From an uncultured Acidobacteriota bacterium (lineage in GTDB: Bacteria; Acidobacteriota; Vicinamibacteria; Vicinamibacterales; UBA2999), in the NCBI GenBank assembly GCA_963772065.1, contig CAVYVZ010000008.1, positions 51,526 through 115,525 on the forward strand: 64,000 bases of DNA, given 5' to 3'. The notes beneath the pieces are model-generated. The model was not told the DNA's origin and did not search any database. It saw only the letters and a program-made list of their open reading frames with translations. Of the stretch, positions 60,229 to 64,000 are shown in pieces; the stretch's first letter is position 1, and each line of letters starts with the position of its first letter. Both the position numbers and the translations under genes were made by a program.

Positions 60229-60600
60229 GTACGCCTTGACGTGTGGCTGGATGTCGCCTGTCTTTTCAAGACCCGCTCCGAGGCGAAGCGGGCCTGCGAG
60301 GGCGGCAAGGTGGAGGTCAACGGCGAGCACGCGAAGCCGCACCGTGCCGTTCGCGAGGGCGACGAAATTCGCGTGAGCCGTGGATTCGGCCGCCACCAGA
60401 TCGTCGTCGTGCGCGGCGTCATGGACGCGCACGTGAAGAAGTCCGACGCCCGCACGCTCTACGAAGACCTCACCCCCCGACCCACGCCTGAAGAAGTCGA
60501 GATTCGCCGCATGGATCGCATCTATCGCGCGGCCGCCGCGGCCGCCGGCACCGATCGCCGCAAGCGGCGGGAGATTCGGAGTGCGAAGCAGCGATACTAG
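60220..60600 (+). CDS. S4-domain RNA-binding protein (Hsp15-like)
   Basis: VRLDVWLDVACLFKTRSEAKRACEGGKVEVNG S4 motif; basic C-terminal tail. Confidence 0.75.
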   Translation: MNDVRLDVWLDVACLFKTRSEAKRACEGGKVEVNGEHAKPHRAVREGDEIRVSRGFGRHQIVVVRGVMDAHVKKSDARTLYEDLTPRPTPEEVEIRRMDRIYRAAAAAAGTDRRKRREIRSAKQRY

Positions 60601-60601
60601 A

Positions 60602-60722
60602 CGTCGTTCACTCTTCTGAGTGCACGCTTCTCGGTTCGTGTTCAGCTTCGCCGTTCGATTCCTCGTTCGCGGTTCGCGGTTCGCGGTTCGTGGTTCTTGT
60701 TCTCTGTTCGGGGTTCGTGGTT
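60602..60722. repeat. left arm of four-helix-bundle cassette 2
   Basis: Starts 2 nt after the S4 gene TAG. (GCGGTTC)n words. 26/26 nt CGCTTCTCGGTTCGTGTTCAGCTTCG shared with the reverse complement of the right arm. Confidence 0.85.
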
Positions 60723-60838
60723 CCCAAATCCTGCGCGCCGCGATGCCTTCCCGCGTGGCAGATCTTCGCATCCGCGAAGTGCTTTGTGTGTTTTCAACCA
60801 GCAATCCGTGCGGCATTATCCGTGCACTATGAGTCCGC

Positions 60839-61395
60839 ATGGGAGTTCATCGTTTCACCGAATTGCGAGCGTGGCAGGTGTGCAACACCTACAAGCGAGC
60901 CATCTACCGGCTGTGCGCGGCCGGCGCGTTGTCGCGTGATTTTGAACGGCGAGACCAGCTCGAACGATCAGCCGCGAGCCGTGTGCGCATCTGTCGGAAG
61001 GGTTTGGTCGATTCAGCCCGCCAGATTTCGCGCGCTACTGCGTGATGGCGCGGTCGTCACTGATGGAGTCGCAGAACCACCTGATCGACATTGTCGACCG
61101 AGGCCACATCACCGAGGACGCGAGAGTCGAACATAATGCGATGGCCGAAGCGGCCCTCGAGGAAGTGACTGGCCTGATGGAGTACCTTCAGTCGCCCGAA
61201 GCGCTCCGAAATGCGCGTCGAGCGCGCGAACGGAGAATTGAGAACCGCGCGAAACGCGCGAACCAGGAACGCGAACCCCGAACCAAGAACCGCGAACCTC
61301 GAACAGCGAACCGCGAACCCCGAACAGAGAAGCGAACCCCGAAGCTGAACACGAACCGAGAAGCGAGAAGGCGAAGCGTGAACGACGACGAATGA
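60839..61395 (+). CDS. four-helix-bundle protein (Avd / 23S rRNA IVS protein family) with arm-encoded (NREPRTx)n tail; one apparent frameshift
   Basis: FTELRAWQVCNTYKRAIYRL / RRDQLERSAAS | PCAHLSEGFGRFSPPDFARYCVMARSSLMESQNHLIDIVDRGHI / AMAEAALEEVTGLMEYL. CC 60979-80 should be CCC to stay in frame. Stop directly after the right arm. Confidence 0.75.
61240..61387. repeat. right arm of cassette 2
   Basis: (GAACCGC)n words, reverse complement of the left arm. Terminus ...GTGAACGACG pairs with CGTCGTTCAC at 60602. Confidence 0.85.
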
Positions 61396-61410
61396 GATTA
61401 GGATGAGTAA

Positions 61411-62395
61411 GTGCCGCGCAACCAGGAAGTCATCCGGCAGTGGAAGGTGCTGCACGCGCTGGAGTCGTCGCGGCATGGCGCCTCCATCGACTCGCTCGGC
61501 GGGCGATCTCGAGGTGACGACGCGGACGATCCGGCGCGACCTGGCGGCGCTGCAGGAAGCGGGGTTTCCGCTCTTCGACACGCGCGACGAGGACGGCCGC
61601 GTGCGCTGGCGGCTCGACGGCCAGGTGCTCAAGGGCCTCGATACCGGCTTCACCCTCGGCGAGCTGTGCGCGCTCTATTTGAGCCGGAACCTCCTCGAGT
61701 CGGTCGCCGGCACACCGTTTCAGCGCGACCTCGGTCACGCCTTCGCGCGGCTTCAGGGGGCGCTCTCCCCTCGCATGCGTCAGTTTCTCGATCGGCTGCC
61801 TGGTGTGCTCGCGGCCAAGCCGGGGCCGCGCGCGCGCGGCGGCGAGGCGGCGTCGGACATCGTGGCGCGCCTCCTCGAGGCGACCCTGCACTTTCGCATC
61901 GCGACGATGCGGTATCACTCGGTATCGAGCGCGAAGATTAAAGACTATGTGATCCACCCATACCGTCTCGCGTTCGCGCAAGGCGGGCTGTACCTGCTGG
62001 CGTACGTCCCCGCGTACGAGGACGTGCGCACGTTCGCGGTCGACCGCATCAAGGCGGTGTCTCTCGAGAAGCAGACGTTCACGCCGCGTCGCGACCTGCC
62101 GGAAGACGTCTTCGCCAATTCGCTGGGCGTGAACACGGGGCCGCCCGAACGCGTGGAGATCGCCTTCGACGCGCAGATCGCCCCCTACATCCGCGCGCGC
62201 GTCTGGCACGCATCGCAGGAGCTGCGCGACGAAACCGACGGCGCGCTGACGCTCACGATGCACGTGTGTCACGATTGGGCGTTGCGAAGCTGGATCCTCA
62301 GCTGGGGCCCGTTTGCCCGTATCCTCTCTCCTGCAAAGCTTGCTGCCCAGATCCGCGAAGACCTCGACGCCGCGAAAGCGAAATATGGGCCATAA
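61411..62395 (+). CDS. HTH-WYL domain transcriptional regulator; apparent frameshift in the HTH
   Basis: GTG 61411 PRNQEVIRQWKVLHALESSRHGASIDSL | GDLEVTTRTIRRDLAALQEAGFPL, then WYL core (HPYRLAFAQGGLYLLAY) and a WCX-like C-terminus. Removing one G at 61498-61503 restores the frame. Confidence 0.8.
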
Positions 62396-62416
62396 GCCAT
62401 GAGCCGTAAGCCATGA
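62389..62416. repeat. tandem heptamers E10 (GCCRTRA x4) bridging stop and start codons
   Basis: GCCATAA GCCATGA GCCGTAA GCCATGA. Unit 1 holds the WYL TAA. Units 2-4 form a 5-codon mini-ORF (ATG AGC CGT AAG CCA TGA) whose stop overlaps the next ATG (62413). Confidence 0.8.
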
Positions 62417-64000
62417 ATAGACGTCCGCTTCGCTTCGCCATCCTCATCGCTGCCGGCCTGCTCTTCTTCCTTGGGCCGTCGATGCTCGGCTTCTACACCG
62501 ACTGGCTCTGGTTCGGCGAGCTCGGGTACCCGCAGGTGTTCACGACGATGCTGCGGGCACAGACGACGACGTTCACCATCGTGTTCGGGGTGTCGGCGCT
62601 GTGGCTGGCGGGGAATCTCAACGTGGCGCTGCGCGCGATCGGCGACGCGCGACCGGTGTTCACGACGCGCGAAGGCCTCGAGGTGGTGCTCCCCGGACGC
62701 CAACAGCTTCGCGGGATCGCGCTTGGCGTCGCGGGGGTCGTCGCGCTGCTCATCGGGTTGTACGCGTCGAGCCGCTGGCTCACCTGGACGTCGTGGTACC
62801 ACGCGGTTCCTTTCGGCCACGCCGATCCGATCCTCGGACATGATGTCGCGTTCTACGTGTTTTCCCTCCCGGTGCTGCAGATGGCCCGCGGGCTCGCGCA
62901 GGCGCTCGTCGTGCTTGCGGCGATCGGCTCGGGAATCGTGTACTTCGTGTCCGGGACGCTCGGTGCGGGCTTCGGAACCGCAATCCGCGTGTCACCCGGC
63001 GCGCGCCGCCATCTCGCCGCGCTTGCCGTCGTCTTCTTCGCGCTGCTCGCCTTCGGCGCGTGGCTCGGACGGGCCGAGCTGCTGACGGGTCAGTCCGGCA
63101 TCATTCACGGCGCCTCCTATGCGGATGTGCACGGGAGAATGCCCGCTGCCCTGGTGCTCATCGCTGCGGGTGTGGTCGGCGCCGGCCTGGCCGCGTATCA
63201 GGCGGCGGTGGCGCGCAAGTGGCCGATTGCCGCGGCGGTGGCGCTCTACGCCGTGGCATCCGCGGCGGGCGAAGGCTACAGCACGCTCCTTCAGCGCTTC
63301 GTCGTCACGCCGAACGAACAGGCGCGCGAGTCGCCGTACATCCAGCACAACATCACCGCCACTCGCCGTGCCTTTGCGCTCGATCAGGTCGAGGCGCGTG
63401 AGCTGTCCGGCGACGATCGGCTGACGCGCGACGATATCGCGCGGAACGCGTCGACGCTGGACAACGTGCGCCTCTGGGATCACCAGCCGCTGCTCGACAC
63501 GTTCGGGCAGCTTCAGGAGATCCGCACCTACTACGACTTCGCCTCCGTGGACAATGACCGCTACATGGTGAGCGGAGCGATCAGGCAGGTGATGCTCTCC
63601 GCGCGAGAGTTGAATTCCAACAGTCTGCCGAATCGAACGTGGGTCAACGAGCGGCTGATTTTCACCCACGGGTATGGGCTGACTCTCGGTCCTGTCAACG
63701 AGGTCACGGCCCAGGGCCTGCCGGTGTTGTTCATCCGCGACCTGCCACCGCAAAGCGTGGTCGCCGACCTTCAGGTGAACGAACCGAGTATCTACTTCGG
63801 CGAGCTCTCGAACGACTACGTGGTCGTCCGCACGCGCACGCGTGAGTTCCACTACCCGAAGGGCGACGAGAACGTCTTCACGTCCTACCAGGGGCGGGGC
63901 GGCGTATCCCTGGGCTCGCTGTGGCGAAAGGTGATCTTCGCGCTGCGGTTCGGCGCGTATCAGATCGTCCTCAGCGACGACATCACCGCCGAGAGCCGGA
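62413..64000 (+). CDS. UPF0182 (COG1615) family membrane protein; 3' end outside window
   Basis: Own translation from ATG 62413: about 7 N-terminal TM helices, then PNEQARESPYIQHNITATRRAFAL...LWDHQPLLDTFGQLQEIRTYYDF...ERLIFTHGYG, characteristic of UPF0182. Confidence 0.8.
   Translation, partial: MNRRPLRFAILIAAGLLFFLGPSMLGFYTDWLWFGELGYPQVFTTMLRAQTTTFTIVFGVSALWLAGNLNVALRAIGDARPVFTTREGLEVVLPGRQQLRGIALGVAGVVALLIGLYASSRWLTWTSWYHAVPFGHADPILGHDVAFYVFSLPVLQMARGLAQALVVLAAIGSGIVYFVSGTLGAGFGTAIRVSPGARRHLAALAVVFFALLAFGAWLGRAELLTGQSGIIHGASYADVHGRMPAALVLIAAGVVGAGLAAYQAAVARKWPIAAAVALYAVASAAGEGYSTLLQRFVVTPNEQARESPYIQHNITATRRAFALDQVEARELSGDDRLTRDDIARNASTLDNVRLWDHQPLLDTFGQLQEIRTYYDFASVDNDRYMVSGAIRQVMLSARELNSNSLPNRTWVNERLIFTHGYGLTLGPVNEVTAQGLPVLFIRDLPPQSVVADLQVNEPSIYFGELSNDYVVVRTRTREFHYPKGDENVFTSYQGRGGVSLGSLWRKVIFALRFGAYQIVLSDDITAESR

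Noticed and set aside
60839-61395. Four-helix-bundle (Avd-like) genes as part of a diversity-generating retroelement, or as true rRNA intervening sequences
   Set aside because: There is no reverse transcriptase, no template/variable repeat pair, and no rRNA sequence anywhere in the window. The flanks are ordinary protein genes.

Overview
High-GC (roughly 65-70% by eye) bacterial chromosomal window. Gene content looks Acidobacteriota-like (CarboxypepD_reg-type TonB receptor, PEP-CTERM protein, several ECF sigma factors); this is a low-confidence guess. I support about 65 protein genes, one tRNA-Phe and no rRNA or CRISPR.

Main blocks:
- A long minus-strand housekeeping run with 4-nt start/stop overlaps (EEP, metG, larC, radC; pilT, DASS transporter, dapF, OMP, CPBP protease, dtd, ttcA, GT2, DedA).
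- aroA and aroK.
- A System-I cytochrome c maturation cluster (ccmEF/H ... ccmABCD) whose CcmE has Cys in place of the heme-binding His.
- recA.
- Two secreted beta-helix proteins plus a methyltransferase.
- A MerR regulator with a ZntR-like operator.
- A roughly 3.1-kb lower-GC islet bounded by tRNA-Phe and a 21-nt copy of its 3' end.
- A TonB-dependent receptor, czcCBA-type RND efflux, and an ECF sigma/anti-sigma/HEAT/PPIase module.
- S4-domain, WYL and UPF0182 genes.

Most unusual signal: a family of low-complexity word-repeat hairpin elements, mostly 7-nt words arranged as inverted arms. They fill intergenic spacers from the upstream stop codon to the downstream start codon. Two copies carry an Avd/23S-IVS-type four-helix-bundle gene in the loop, and an ORF-less copy shares their termini.

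Caveat: at least 11 single-nucleotide frameshifts occur at short homopolymers in otherwise conserved genes, so the assembly is probably indel-prone. Pseudogene and fusion calls are therefore provisional.
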